DNA of 63,558 bases, from the NCBI GenBank assembly GCA_039917855.1, contig JBDSIR010000107.1:1-63558 (forward strand), read 5' to 3'. Each line of letters opens with the position of its first letter. The first letter of the stretch is position 1. Positions 7,941 through 16,291 of this stretch are shown here, in pieces. The stretch is from Gemmatimonadales bacterium (GTDB taxonomy: Bacteria; Gemmatimonadota; Gemmatimonadetes; Gemmatimonadales; GWC2-71-9). The position numbers and the translations under genes are program-made. Under the pieces are notes generated by a model. The model had not been told where the DNA came from. It made no database searches and saw only the letters and a list, made by a program, of their open reading frames with translations.

Positions 7941-9551
7941 ATGACCACCCTTACCGCTCCTATCCTTCGCGCCCGGTGGGCGAGCCTGGTCGTCCTCACG
8001 CTCGCTGCCTGGGCGTGCGCCGCGCCTGCGGACGGGAGCCAGGAATACCGGGTCATCCTGCAGACGGACGCCTCGCTGGTCTACCGAGGCGATGGGATAA
8101 GCGCCTATGCCGCCCTCTATCACATCGTCGGAAGCGACACGACGCCGGTCCCCAACGCGGTGCTGGTCTGGTCGGGTGGCGGCGGCAACGTGGAGATCGA
8201 CCCCCAGCCCAACGGCTACGCCAACATCTTCGGGATCAGGCGCGGGACGGCCTACATCTACGTCGAAGCACCGGCCTACGGCGGCGGGACCGGGGCCGGG
8301 GCCGCGATCCGGGTGGCCGACCAGGTCGAGCTCGACACCGTTCTCCCCGACACTGTGGCGTGGGGAGGACGGCTCACCCTCCATGGCATCCGCGTCGGCA
8401 ATCCCAACGACGTCTCGGTCCGTCTCAACGGCGTGACCCTCATCCCGGATACCCTCTCGCTCGTCGGCGATGTCGATCAGGTCCAGTCGATGAGTTACTT
8501 CGTACCGGGCGGGACCACTTCGGGGATCCTCCAGCTCACCGGGTTCGGGTTGATCACCTCGGACAGCACCCCGATCACCGTGCTTCCCTACGAGCTGTAT
8601 GAGCCGAACGACCTGACCCCGACGGTGGTCCAGCTCGATACCGCCCAGCCGTACCCGCCGGTCGCCGATCCGCCGACCACCGGCCATCCCGAGGTCCACT
8701 TCTTCAATCCGGTGCTCCTCTATGAAGCGCCGGGTGTCACCGACTCGATCACCACCGACTGGTTCCATTTCGTCTCCGCCGCCGCCTCGGCGCAGCCCTG
8801 GACCTTCGTCTACCGCTCGCCGGCCATCCCGCGGCGGGGCGCGTTCGGGGTCCCCGCCACCATGCAGGCCGGGGTCCCGATCTTCAATGCCGGGGCTTTC
8901 GGGTTCGACTTCGACGCCCACCGGCTCCTCTCCCGATGCCGCGGGTCAGACTTCGAATTCGCAGTCTCGGGCTCGGTGGACTCGATCACGCTCTCGCTCC
9001 AGACCCTCCCCGCGAGCGGTATCGACTTCGTCGAGTACTCGTCGAATGCCGGGACGTACGGTCTCGCGGTCTACGCGGGCTACCGCGCGCCGGCGGGTCT
9101 GGCACTCGGGCCCGACAAGTTCGAGGACAACGACTTCTGTGAACAGGCCGACGCGAACTTCGCGATCAACAGCCTCAAGATCGACCTCGGGGTCGCCGGG
9201 TTCAGCGATACACTGACCATCGACACCCCGTTCGAGGTGGACTGGTATCGCTTCCACGTGGCGACCAATGGCAGGGTCGACCTGGCGACGGCGGGCCGGA
9301 ACGGATTCGCCAATGCCGCGCTGGACCTCTATCTGTATGGCCAGTCGGACCTCCGTCTGATCACCTCGGCCACCGGCGGGTCGACCGCCGACCAGCAGCT
9401 TTCACGAGTGCTCAATACGGGCGATTACTACCTCGTGGTGGTGAACACCGATGGCCAGCCGACCCGGTATGGGCTCTGTGTCGCCGAGGGGACACCCTGC
9501 ACCCAGCCCCCGGACCCCACCCGCGCGGCCCGAGCGGCCGGTCATCGATGA
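7941..9551 (+). CDS. Secreted protein with Ig-like region and two pre-peptidase C-terminal (PPC)-like domains
   Basis: ORF 7941-9551(+). Signal peptide (..LVVLTLAAWACAAP). Two PPC-like starts, YEPNDLTP..DWFHFVS and FEDNDFCEQA..DWYRFHV. Stop overlaps the kinase start (ATGA). Confidence 0.75.
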   Translation: MTTLTAPILRARWASLVVLTLAAWACAAPADGSQEYRVILQTDASLVYRGDGISAYAALYHIVGSDTTPVPNAVLVWSGGGGNVEIDPQPNGYANIFGIRRGTAYIYVEAPAYGGGTGAGAAIRVADQVELDTVLPDTVAWGGRLTLHGIRVGNPNDVSVRLNGVTLIPDTLSLVGDVDQVQSMSYFVPGGTTSGILQLTGFGLITSDSTPITVLPYELYEPNDLTPTVVQLDTAQPYPPVADPPTTGHPEVHFFNPVLLYEAPGVTDSITTDWFHFVSAAASAQPWTFVYRSPAIPRRGAFGVPATMQAGVPIFNAGAFGFDFDAHRLLSRCRGSDFEFAVSGSVDSITLSLQTLPASGIDFVEYSSNAGTYGLAVYAGYRAPAGLALGPDKFEDNDFCEQADANFAINSLKIDLGVAGFSDTLTIDTPFEVDWYRFHVATNGRVDLATAGRNGFANAALDLYLYGQSDLRLITSATGGSTADQQLSRVLNTGDYYLVVVNTDGQPTRYGLCVAEGTPCTQPPDPTRAARAAGHR

Positions 9552-11071
9552 CGGCCCCGGCGATCGAGTGTACCCATTGCCTTACCCCGGTCCCTTCGGG
9601 CACCCGGTATTGCCTGATCTGCGGCAACGATGTCTCGCAGCCTGGGGGTCCCCCACCGACCCGAAGCGCCATCGACGAGCTTCGGGAGCGGCTGGCGGAG
9701 GTGCTTTATGGTCGCTATCAGATCCGGCGCACCCTCGGCGTGGGGGGGATGGGGGCGGTGTTCCTGGCCGAGGAGATCGGTCTCGAGCGCGAAGTGGCCA
9801 TCAAGGTCCTCCCTCCCAAGCTGGCGGAGGATCCCGGCGTCGTCATCCGCTTTGAGCGGGAGGCCAGGACGGCGGCGCGTCTGGACCATACGCACATCAT
9901 CCCGATCTACCGGGTCGAGAGCGAAGGGGGCCTCCACTACTTCGTGATGAAGTACGTGGCCGGACGTCCGCTCGACGCCCTCATCGCCGCGCGCGGGCCG
10001 CTCCCGGTGGCCCAGGCGGTCCGGATACTCTCCGAGGCCTCCACCGCGCTCGAGCACGCCCATCGGAAGGGCGTCGTCCACCGCGACATCAAGCCCGCCA
10101 ACATCCTGCTCGACGAGGATGACCACATATTGCTCGCCGACTTCGGCATCGCGAAGGCGGTGGCCGCGGCGGCGGAGCTGACCAACACCGGTGTCGTGAT
10201 CGGGACCCCGTACTACATGTCGCCCGAGCAGGCGCTCGGCATCGCGGTCGATGGCCGGAGCGACCAGTATTCGCTCGCCGTGGTCGGGTATCGGATGCTC
10301 ACCGGCGAAGCGCTCTTCGACGCTGACTCGTCGATGGCGATCCTCTACAAGCACATCCACCAGCCCCCCCCGCGGCTCAGGGACCGCCGCCCCGATGTGC
10401 CCGAGCACATCGAACGGGCCACCCTCCGCGCCCTCGCGAAGTCGCCGGCGGACCGGTTCGAGTCGATGGCGGCATTCACGCGTGCCATCCGTGGAGAGGA
10501 GTCGGTCACACTTGTCGAGGAGAGCGCCGCGCGTGTGGCCGCGGCGCAGGAACGTATGCTCACCGGCGCCGACACGCTTTCCCTTGAGGTCACTCCCATC
10601 CCGGGGTCGCGGCGGCGCACTTCGCGGTTGGCAGTGTTGGGCCTCGTTGCCATCGCGGCGGGGGGACTCTGGTGGAGGGAGCGGCCCCGACCGGCGGCGA
10701 CCACCCAGCTTCCCGTGGCCGACACCACCGCCCGTGCGTCCCCTGCGGTCACTCCGCTTCGGGACAGCTCCACCGCACCGGGCCAGGTGCCGCCGACGAA
10801 GCCCGCGCCGAAGCGGAGCAGCGCGCGTGACCTCACCGTGGCACCTCCACCATTCACCAGCGCTCCGCTGACGGTGAATGCGATGCCATTCGGAACCCTG
10901 TTCGTGGATGACGCTCGCGTCGGCGGGACCCCGGTGGTGAACTTCCCGCTCACTCGGGGCGTTCACACCATTCGGGTGGAGCGAGAAGGGTGCAAGGCGA
11001 AGGAGGAGCGGATCAGTGTGACCACGCCCGCGTTGATCAAGCGCCAGTACACCCTGGAGTGCACGCCGTGA
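9548..11071 (+). CDS. Ser/Thr protein kinase with N-terminal zinc ribbon, one TM helix and C-terminal PEGA-like domain
   Basis: ORF 9548-11071(+). Zinc ribbon CTHCLTPVPSGTRYCLICG. Kinase motifs VAIKVL, HRDIKPANILL, DFGIA, GTPYYMSPEQ. TM helix LAVLGLVAIAAGGLWW. PEGA-like tail PFGTLFVDDARVGGTPVVNFPLTRGVHTIRVEREG. Confidence 0.9.
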   Translation: MTAPAIECTHCLTPVPSGTRYCLICGNDVSQPGGPPPTRSAIDELRERLAEVLYGRYQIRRTLGVGGMGAVFLAEEIGLEREVAIKVLPPKLAEDPGVVIRFEREARTAARLDHTHIIPIYRVESEGGLHYFVMKYVAGRPLDALIAARGPLPVAQAVRILSEASTALEHAHRKGVVHRDIKPANILLDEDDHILLADFGIAKAVAAAAELTNTGVVIGTPYYMSPEQALGIAVDGRSDQYSLAVVGYRMLTGEALFDADSSMAILYKHIHQPPPRLRDRRPDVPEHIERATLRALAKSPADRFESMAAFTRAIRGEESVTLVEESAARVAAAQERMLTGADTLSLEVTPIPGSRRRTSRLAVLGLVAIAAGGLWWRERPRPAATTQLPVADTTARASPAVTPLRDSSTAPGQVPPTKPAPKRSSARDLTVAPPPFTSAPLTVNAMPFGTLFVDDARVGGTPVVNFPLTRGVHTIRVEREGCKAKEERISVTTPALIKRQYTLECTP

Positions 11072-12093
11072 AGCGGGTGGTGTTGCTCTCGGCGTTCATC
11101 GTCCTCGCCGCCCCCGTTGGAGCGCAGTCGAACGCCACGCTCAAGCGGGCCCTCGACGCGGGGGCATCGCTCGAATACCCGACCGCGCTCCGGCTCGCCC
11201 GGCGGGCGATCCAGGAGCGCCTCACCGCGCCGGACCTCCGCTTGGCCTACCAGTTGCTCGGCACGACTTACGCGGCGATGGACAGCGGCACCCAGGCGCA
11301 GGGCGCCTTCCGGCAGCTGATCCTCCTCGATCCCGAATTCGAGTTCGACGCCAGCAATATCTCGCCGAAGATCACCGCGCAGTACGGTCTCGCGCTGGCC
11401 CAGCTCTTGGTGGTCCGGCACCTTGGCACCGACAGCGCGTCGACCTCCTTCGTGGCGGGGCGGTCGCTGATGTCGTTCCGCTTCGTCCTCTCGCAGCGCG
11501 CCCGTGTCGTCACGCGCCTGGTGGGGACGGGCGGCACCGCGTTGCTGGACTCCTCGGTGGCCGATCCTGGCACGGTCCGGGTGACGTGGAATGGCCTCCT
11601 CGCCGGTGGCGTGGCACCGACGGCGGGACGCTATCGGATGACGGTCCAGGCGACCTCGACGGGGGATCGGTTCTCCACCGAGCTTCCGCTCGTGATCGCC
11701 GTGGCGCCGGTCGATACGGCGCCCCACCTGATCCACCTCGAGGGGTACGACCCCCTGCCCGAGATGGTCACGCCACCGCGCAGCTTCCGTCCGCTCGGGA
11801 TCGCGGCCCTTCTGACCGGGCTCGTGGCCGGGGGGTCATTGGCCGCGGAGAACGGCGCGATCGGACACGTGGCTCGGCGCGAGGTCGTGATCGGCGCCAG
11901 CGCGACGCTCCTGGTGGGGCTCGTCGCGAGCTTCGGGCATCCGGTCCAAGTTCCGTCCACGGCGAACATCCGGTACAACCAGCTGGTCCGGGACCAGTTG
12001 ACGCGACAGAACCAGCAGATCTCGACGGCCAATCTGGTGCGGCGCCAGGAGGTCGAGCTCACGGTGACGCCCGCCCCGGCGGTGGCGCCGTGA
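11068..12093 (+). CDS. Exported protein with TPR-like N-terminal part, FlgD-Ig-like domain and C-terminal TM helices
   Basis: Frame of ORF 10990-12093. Start set to GTG 11068 (VKRVVLLSAFIVLAAPVGAQ, signal peptide) within a GTGA overlap with the kinase stop. FlgD-Ig-like segment TVRVTWNGLLAGGVAPTAGRYRMTVQATS. Two hydrophobic helices near residues 250-300. Confidence 0.7.
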   Translation: MKRVVLLSAFIVLAAPVGAQSNATLKRALDAGASLEYPTALRLARRAIQERLTAPDLRLAYQLLGTTYAAMDSGTQAQGAFRQLILLDPEFEFDASNISPKITAQYGLALAQLLVVRHLGTDSASTSFVAGRSLMSFRFVLSQRARVVTRLVGTGGTALLDSSVADPGTVRVTWNGLLAGGVAPTAGRYRMTVQATSTGDRFSTELPLVIAVAPVDTAPHLIHLEGYDPLPEMVTPPRSFRPLGIAALLTGLVAGGSLAAENGAIGHVARREVVIGASATLLVGLVASFGHPVQVPSTANIRYNQLVRDQLTRQNQQISTANLVRRQEVELTVTPAPAVAP

Positions 12094-12740
12094 ACCGCCA
12101 CGGCCTCGCGGTCCTCCTCGTCTGCGTGGCCGCACCGCTCTCGGCGCAGCACCCGGTGGTCAAGGCCTCCGCCGGGATCGCGTTCGCCGATTATCGTGAG
12201 CAGAGCAAGGTGCTCGACTTCCGTGGCAGCGGTTCTGCCGGTCGCGTGGACGTCACCTGGCGACGGTGGGGACTCGTCGCCGGGGTGGAACGGATCACCT
12301 TCACTCCCACCGATCCTGACTCGCCGGCCCAGGGGTTCCGAGCGATCGAGACCGATGTGGCGGTGCGCTACCGGCCGCGGCGCACCCTGCCCGCCGAGGT
12401 GGAGGTAGGGGCCGTGCGCCGCACTCCCACCCCCAAGGATGGGGCACAGGCGCTTCGGGCGTTCCGCATCGGCGCCGTGGCCCACTTCGCCCTGGGGGAG
12501 GGTGCGGAGGTCGATACCAGGGCCGCGTGGCTCGCGGGCTCGAAGTTCTCGGGTGGGGGGTCGGCGGGGACGGCGTTCACGCTGCAACTGCGCGCGGCGT
12601 ATCGACCGCTCGCGCGTTTCGGATGGGCGTGGCTTGTGGCCGACTACAGCTTCGAGCGTTTCGATCGGGTGACGGTCGTCCCGGTGCCGCTGCAGGGATC
12701 GTCGGTGCGCTTGGCGCTGGAGGGACGGTTCACCCCCTGA
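12090..12740 (+). CDS. Putative outer-membrane beta-barrel protein
   Basis: Frame of ORF 11586-12740. Start set to GTG 12090 (VNRHGLAVLLVCVAAPLSAQ) within a GTGA overlap. Alternating hydrophobic beta-strand pattern, aromatic-rich, ends ..LEGRFTP. Confidence 0.6.
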   Translation: MNRHGLAVLLVCVAAPLSAQHPVVKASAGIAFADYREQSKVLDFRGSGSAGRVDVTWRRWGLVAGVERITFTPTDPDSPAQGFRAIETDVAVRYRPRRTLPAEVEVGAVRRTPTPKDGAQALRAFRIGAVAHFALGEGAEVDTRAAWLAGSKFSGGGSAGTAFTLQLRAAYRPLARFGWAWLVADYSFERFDRVTVVPVPLQGSSVRLALEGRFTP

Positions 12741-12758
12741 CCTCGCTGCAGCAGAACC

Positions 12759-13622
12759 TCAGGCCCGTTCGGTCCCCTCCGGTCCCTCGAAGTCCACCGC
12801 CACCTTATTCGGGATGATCCCCGCAGCCGCCGCGCGATCGAGCACCAACTGGACCGCCTGGCGGCCCCGCGCGCCATACTCGACGGTCCACTGGTTCACG
12901 TACATCCCGACGAAGGCGTCGGTGCGTTCCTCGCCGATGCCGCGATTGAATCGCTCGGCGTGCGCCAGCGCCGCCTTCCGGTGCTCGAGCGCGTACACCA
13001 CGCTCGCCTTGAGGTCGCGCGCCACCTGGCGCACCACCGTGGGGCCGAGGTCGCGGCGCACCACGTTGCCGCCGAGCGGGAGCGGGAACCCGGTGTCGTC
13101 GAGCCACCATGCGCCCAGGTCGGCCCAGAGATGGAATCCGTCGTCGCCGTAGGTGAGCTGGCCTTCGTGGATCACCAGCGCCACATCGGCGTCGCCACGA
13201 GAGACCGCATCCTGCACCTGGTCGAACGGAACGACCACCTCGCGCACGTCGGGTTGATAGAGCTTGAGCGCGAGATAGGCGGTCGTGAGCTTCCCAGGCA
13301 CCGCGACCCGGAGTCCCTTGAGCGCCGCTCGCGGATCGGCCGGCTTGGGCGAGAGCGCCACCAGGCGCGGTCCGTAGCCATCGCCCATCGAGGAGCCGCT
13401 CGACAGGAAGGCGTAGCGGTCCGCGAGGTAGGCGTACGCGTGTACCGACACCGCGGTCACCTCGAGCTCCGCCCTGAGGGCGCGCTCGTTGAGCGACTGG
13501 ATGTCCTGCAGTTCGTGGACATAGCGCAGGTCGCCGGTGTCGATCTTCCCCTCGGCGAGCGCATAGAACATGAACGCGTCGTCGGAATCAGGGCTGTGGG
13601 CGACCGTGATCGTTCGCGTCAT
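12759..13622 (-). CDS. MqnA/MqnD/SBP-family protein (futalosine-type menaquinone biosynthesis-like)
   Basis: ORF 12759-13622(-). The N-terminus ITVAHSPDSDDAFMFYALAEGKIDTG.. is typical of this family as I recall it. The exact step (MqnD versus a relative) cannot be assigned. Confidence 0.65.
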   Translation of the reverse strand: MTRTITVAHSPDSDDAFMFYALAEGKIDTGDLRYVHELQDIQSLNERALRAELEVTAVSVHAYAYLADRYAFLSSGSSMGDGYGPRLVALSPKPADPRAALKGLRVAVPGKLTTAYLALKLYQPDVREVVVPFDQVQDAVSRGDADVALVIHEGQLTYGDDGFHLWADLGAWWLDDTGFPLPLGGNVVRRDLGPTVVRQVARDLKASVVYALEHRKAALAHAERFNRGIGEERTDAFVGMYVNQWTVEYGARGRQAVQLVLDRAAAAGIIPNKVAVDFEGPEGTERA

Positions 13623-13696
13623 CGAAGTCGGGTTCCTTGAGTCGTTGCGCGTACTGCGTGCTGCGTAGGGTGTACTGCCCCCCGGCCCCCAGCGCC

Positions 13697-14479
13697 TCAG
13701 CGCCCCAGCGCCCCAGCGCGCTCCTTGAACGCATCCAGCATCGGGCGGTGGTCCGCATACTCCTGGCGCCCGGCGGCCAGCTGTCGGTCCCAGTCGGCCA
13801 GGAACTGGCGATACGCCCGTTTCGCGGCGGCGGGGTCGTTCTTTCCTTCGGCGATCCCGGCCCGGAGCATCGAGACGAAGAGATGCCCGGGGGCTTCGCG
13901 CGCCAATGAATCGGTGAGCGCCTTCGCCCCGATCAGGTCGCCGGCGCCGAGCATCAGGGTGGCAGCGTGATACCGGATGTCGAGATCGCGCTCGGGCGCG
14001 GTCAGCATCCCGTACGCCTGGATCGCCATCGGGGTGAACTGGGCCGCGCTCGCCGTATCCCCCTGCTCGAGCGCCCCCATGATCCGGTCGTGGAGCCGGA
14101 GGAAGGCATCACGCCCGGTCATCTGGGAAAGGTCGGGGGGTCCCCCTGAGCCGCCCCCCGCGAAGGGGGCATTCGCCCCGGAGGTGCGTCCGGCGGGCGG
14201 CGGCGCCGGCTCGACGCCGGCGTTCACCTTGTAGACCACCCACCCCAGGAGGGCCACCGTCATGATACCGGCGAGGATCCAGGGACCTTTGCTTCGCGAC
14301 CTCGCGGGCCGGAGGCCCACGCTACCATAGGGGCGCCCACACCGGTGGCAGAACTTCGCCCCGGGAGAGAGCTGGGCACCGCAACCGGCGCAGGTGGCGG
14401 AGCCCAGCTGGGCACCGCAACTGGAGCAGAACTTGCCGCTCGCCGGAACACCGCAGGTGGGGCAGGGAGTGGTTTCCAT
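13697..14479 (-). CDS. Double zinc-ribbon, single-TM protein with helical-repeat C-terminal domain
   Basis: Frame of ORF 13697-14587. Start set to ATG 14477-14479 (METTPCPTCGVPASGKFCSSCGAQLGSATCAGCGAQLSPGAKFCHRCG). TM helix PWILAGIMTVALLGWVVY. Confidence 0.7.
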   Translation of the reverse strand: METTPCPTCGVPASGKFCSSCGAQLGSATCAGCGAQLSPGAKFCHRCGRPYGSVGLRPARSRSKGPWILAGIMTVALLGWVVYKVNAGVEPAPPPAGRTSGANAPFAGGGSGGPPDLSQMTGRDAFLRLHDRIMGALEQGDTASAAQFTPMAIQAYGMLTAPERDLDIRYHAATLMLGAGDLIGAKALTDSLAREAPGHLFVSMLRAGIAEGKNDPAAAKRAYRQFLADWDRQLAAGRQEYADHRPMLDAFKERAGALGR

Positions 14480-14494
14480 AGGACCGGGAAAATA

Positions 14495-14758
14495 GGCGGG
14501 GAGGCGGTCAGGCGGTACGGCGGTCAGGCGGTCGGGCGGTCGGGCGACTGACAATCGGGGGCGGAGCCGGACGGCACAGGGTGTCATCCCGAGCAGGGCG
14601 AGGGATCTACTCAGCCTAGACCGTAGCGGGCGGCCCTGGACCGATCGACGGCGGCAAGAACCCTCGCTCCGCTCGGGATGACAGTTTTATCACTGTCCTT
14701 CTGTCAACCTGTCCGCCTGTCCGCCCGTCCGCCCGTCCGCCTTGCCGACCTGCCGCCC
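14495..14758. repeat. Composite palindromic element: STR arm / REP-like core hairpin / STR arm
   Basis: Left array GGCGGTCAG-like units at 14495-14546. Core GTCATCCCGAGC..GAGGGATCTAC....GCTCGGGATGAC at 14582-14682. Right array CCTGTCCGCC/CGTCCGCC units at 14708-14758. Confidence 0.75.
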
Positions 14759-14793
14759 TCCCACTAACGTGCAACAGGCATTCCGGAGGCCGG

Positions 14794-15072
14794 ATGGGCA
14801 TTCCCGACATGCATCGCGCGTCACCCCCCCTTCTCGACGCGCCACTGGCCCGACACCTCGGCGACCTCACCCGCAACGACGCGCGGTGGGGGGTCTACCT
14901 CGAGACCCGCAACGAGGGCGATCACTGGGCCGGCCGTCTCCACTTCGTGGACGGCATTCGTCATCGTTCCACCGGATGGATCTTCGTCGAATGGACCGAG
15001 CGCGAGCTCATCGGTCGATTCACCGAATTCAGCGCGGTCGAGCTCTGGCGGGTGGTGGAGAGCCTTGGTTAG
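14794..15072 (+). CDS. Hypothetical protein (92 aa)
   Basis: ORF 14794-15072(+). Non-repetitive composition with W/F/H/E, unlike shadow ORFs. No recognisable motif. Confidence 0.5.
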   Translation: MGIPDMHRASPPLLDAPLARHLGDLTRNDARWGVYLETRNEGDHWAGRLHFVDGIRHRSTGWIFVEWTERELIGRFTEFSAVELWRVVESLG

Positions 15073-15140
15073 GTAAGGGGTAAGGGGTGAGGGGAATCCT
15101 CGCGTCCACCGCCCCCTTACCCCTTACCCCTTACCCCTCA
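15073..15140. repeat. STR-armed hairpin (GGTAAGGGG units versus CCCCTTACC units)
   Basis: GGTAAGGGGTAAGGGGTGAGGGG (15073-15094), loop, CCCCTTACCCCTTACCCCTTACCCCTCAC (15113-15140). Fills the whole gap between two same-strand genes. Confidence 0.8.
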
Positions 15141-15144
15141 CACA

Positions 15145-15954
15145 GTGTCCATCACCGCCTACCTCCTCGATTGCGAGGGCACGCTCTACACCGACGACGG
15201 CCCGGTCCCCGGGGCGCCGGAGGCGATTGCGCGCATCCGGGAGGCGCGGATCCCGATCCGATACGTCTCCAACACGACGCGCCGCCCCCGCGCCGCCCTG
15301 GTGGAGCGGCTCCGCAGCTACGGTTATCCCGCCGAGGCGGGTCATGTCCAGACGGCGGTGCTCGCCGGCGCCTCGATCCTGCGGAACGCGGGGATCAAGA
15401 CGGTCGCCCCCTTCCTCTACGAGCCCGCCCTCCCCGATCTCGGCGAGTTCGAGCTCGTCGCCGGCACTTCCGGACGCCCGCGGGGCTCTACCCGCCCCGA
15501 TGCGGTCGTCGTCGGCGACCTCGGCGAGGTGTGGACGTACGAGCTCCTGAATGAAGCGTTCCGCTTGGTGGCCGACGGTGCGGTGCTCCTTGCCCTCTCG
15601 CGCGACCGGTGGTGGAATCGCGGCGATGGCGCTGCCCTCGACGCGGGACCCTTCATCGCGTTGCTCGAGAACGCAGCCGGCGTCGAGGCCACGATGGCCG
15701 GGAAACCGGTCGAGGCGTTCTGGAGTGCCGCCCTCAACTCGCTCGGTTTCGGTGTCGAGCATGACCGCCGCACCATCGCGGTGGTGGGCGACGACGTCTG
15801 GTCCGACGTGCGCGGCGGTCAGCTCGCCGGATTTCAGGGATGGCTGGTCAAGACGGGAAAATTCCGCCCCGATTCCCTCCGCAAGAGCCGGGTGGAACCT
15901 GACCGCATCCTGGGATCGGCGGCCGAACTCGGGGCGTCCGACAAGACTTCGTGA
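15145..15954 (+). CDS. HAD-superfamily hydrolase, subfamily IIA (NagD-like phosphatase)
   Basis: ORF 15145-15954(+), GTG start. Motifs YLLDCEGTLY (DxxG/T), YVSNTT, GKP, VVGDDVWSDVRG. Confidence 0.85.
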   Translation: MSITAYLLDCEGTLYTDDGPVPGAPEAIARIREARIPIRYVSNTTRRPRAALVERLRSYGYPAEAGHVQTAVLAGASILRNAGIKTVAPFLYEPALPDLGEFELVAGTSGRPRGSTRPDAVVVGDLGEVWTYELLNEAFRLVADGAVLLALSRDRWWNRGDGAALDAGPFIALLENAAGVEATMAGKPVEAFWSAALNSLGFGVEHDRRTIAVVGDDVWSDVRGGQLAGFQGWLVKTGKFRPDSLRKSRVEPDRILGSAAELGASDKTS

Positions 15955-16290
15955 ACCTCTCGCGAAAGCGCGACAACGCGAAGTTGTGCGAAACAATCGT
16001 GTGGGCGTCTGCCGGCCGAGATCCCGACGGTGGGCCCCCCAAGTACTTTTCGCGTACCTTCGCGGTCTCGCGTTCTCGCGCAAGGTGGGCGGAGCCCGAC
16101 GGCATCCTGGGACCGGCGGCCGAACTCGGGGCGTCCGACAAGACTTCGTGAACCTCTCGCGAAAGCGCGACAACGCGAAGTTGTGCGAAACAAGCGTGTG
16201 GGCGTCTGCCGGCCGAGATCCCGACCATGGGTCCCCCAAGTACTTCTTCGCGTACCTTCGCGGTCTCGCGTTCTCGCGCAAGGTGGGCGG
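15895..16290 (+). repeat. Two-copy tandem direct duplication, 197-bp period
   Basis: 15895-16091 and 16092-16288 align with only a handful of mismatches and one 1-nt indel. The unit contains the last ~60 nt of the HAD CDS (..ILGSAAELGASDKTS*) plus a CGCGAAAG-type STR-armed palindrome. Copy 2 ends 1 nt before the Omp85-like ATG. Confidence 0.9.
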
Positions 16291-16291
16291 A

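Noticed and set aside
7881-8921. 346-aa minus-strand ORF
   Set aside because: It is antisense to the PPC-domain protein gene and has repetitive R/G/D/E/P composition.
15951-16151. 66-aa ORF inside the tandem duplication
   Set aside because: It is a chimeric by-product of the duplication. It reuses the HAD C-terminal peptide and lies over a palindromic repeat, so I find no independent support for a gene.
15551-16291. Upstream 247 codons of the 763-aa Omp85 ORF
   Set aside because: It overlaps the HAD gene out of frame and runs through the tandem duplication. A proper signal peptide begins at ATG 16292.
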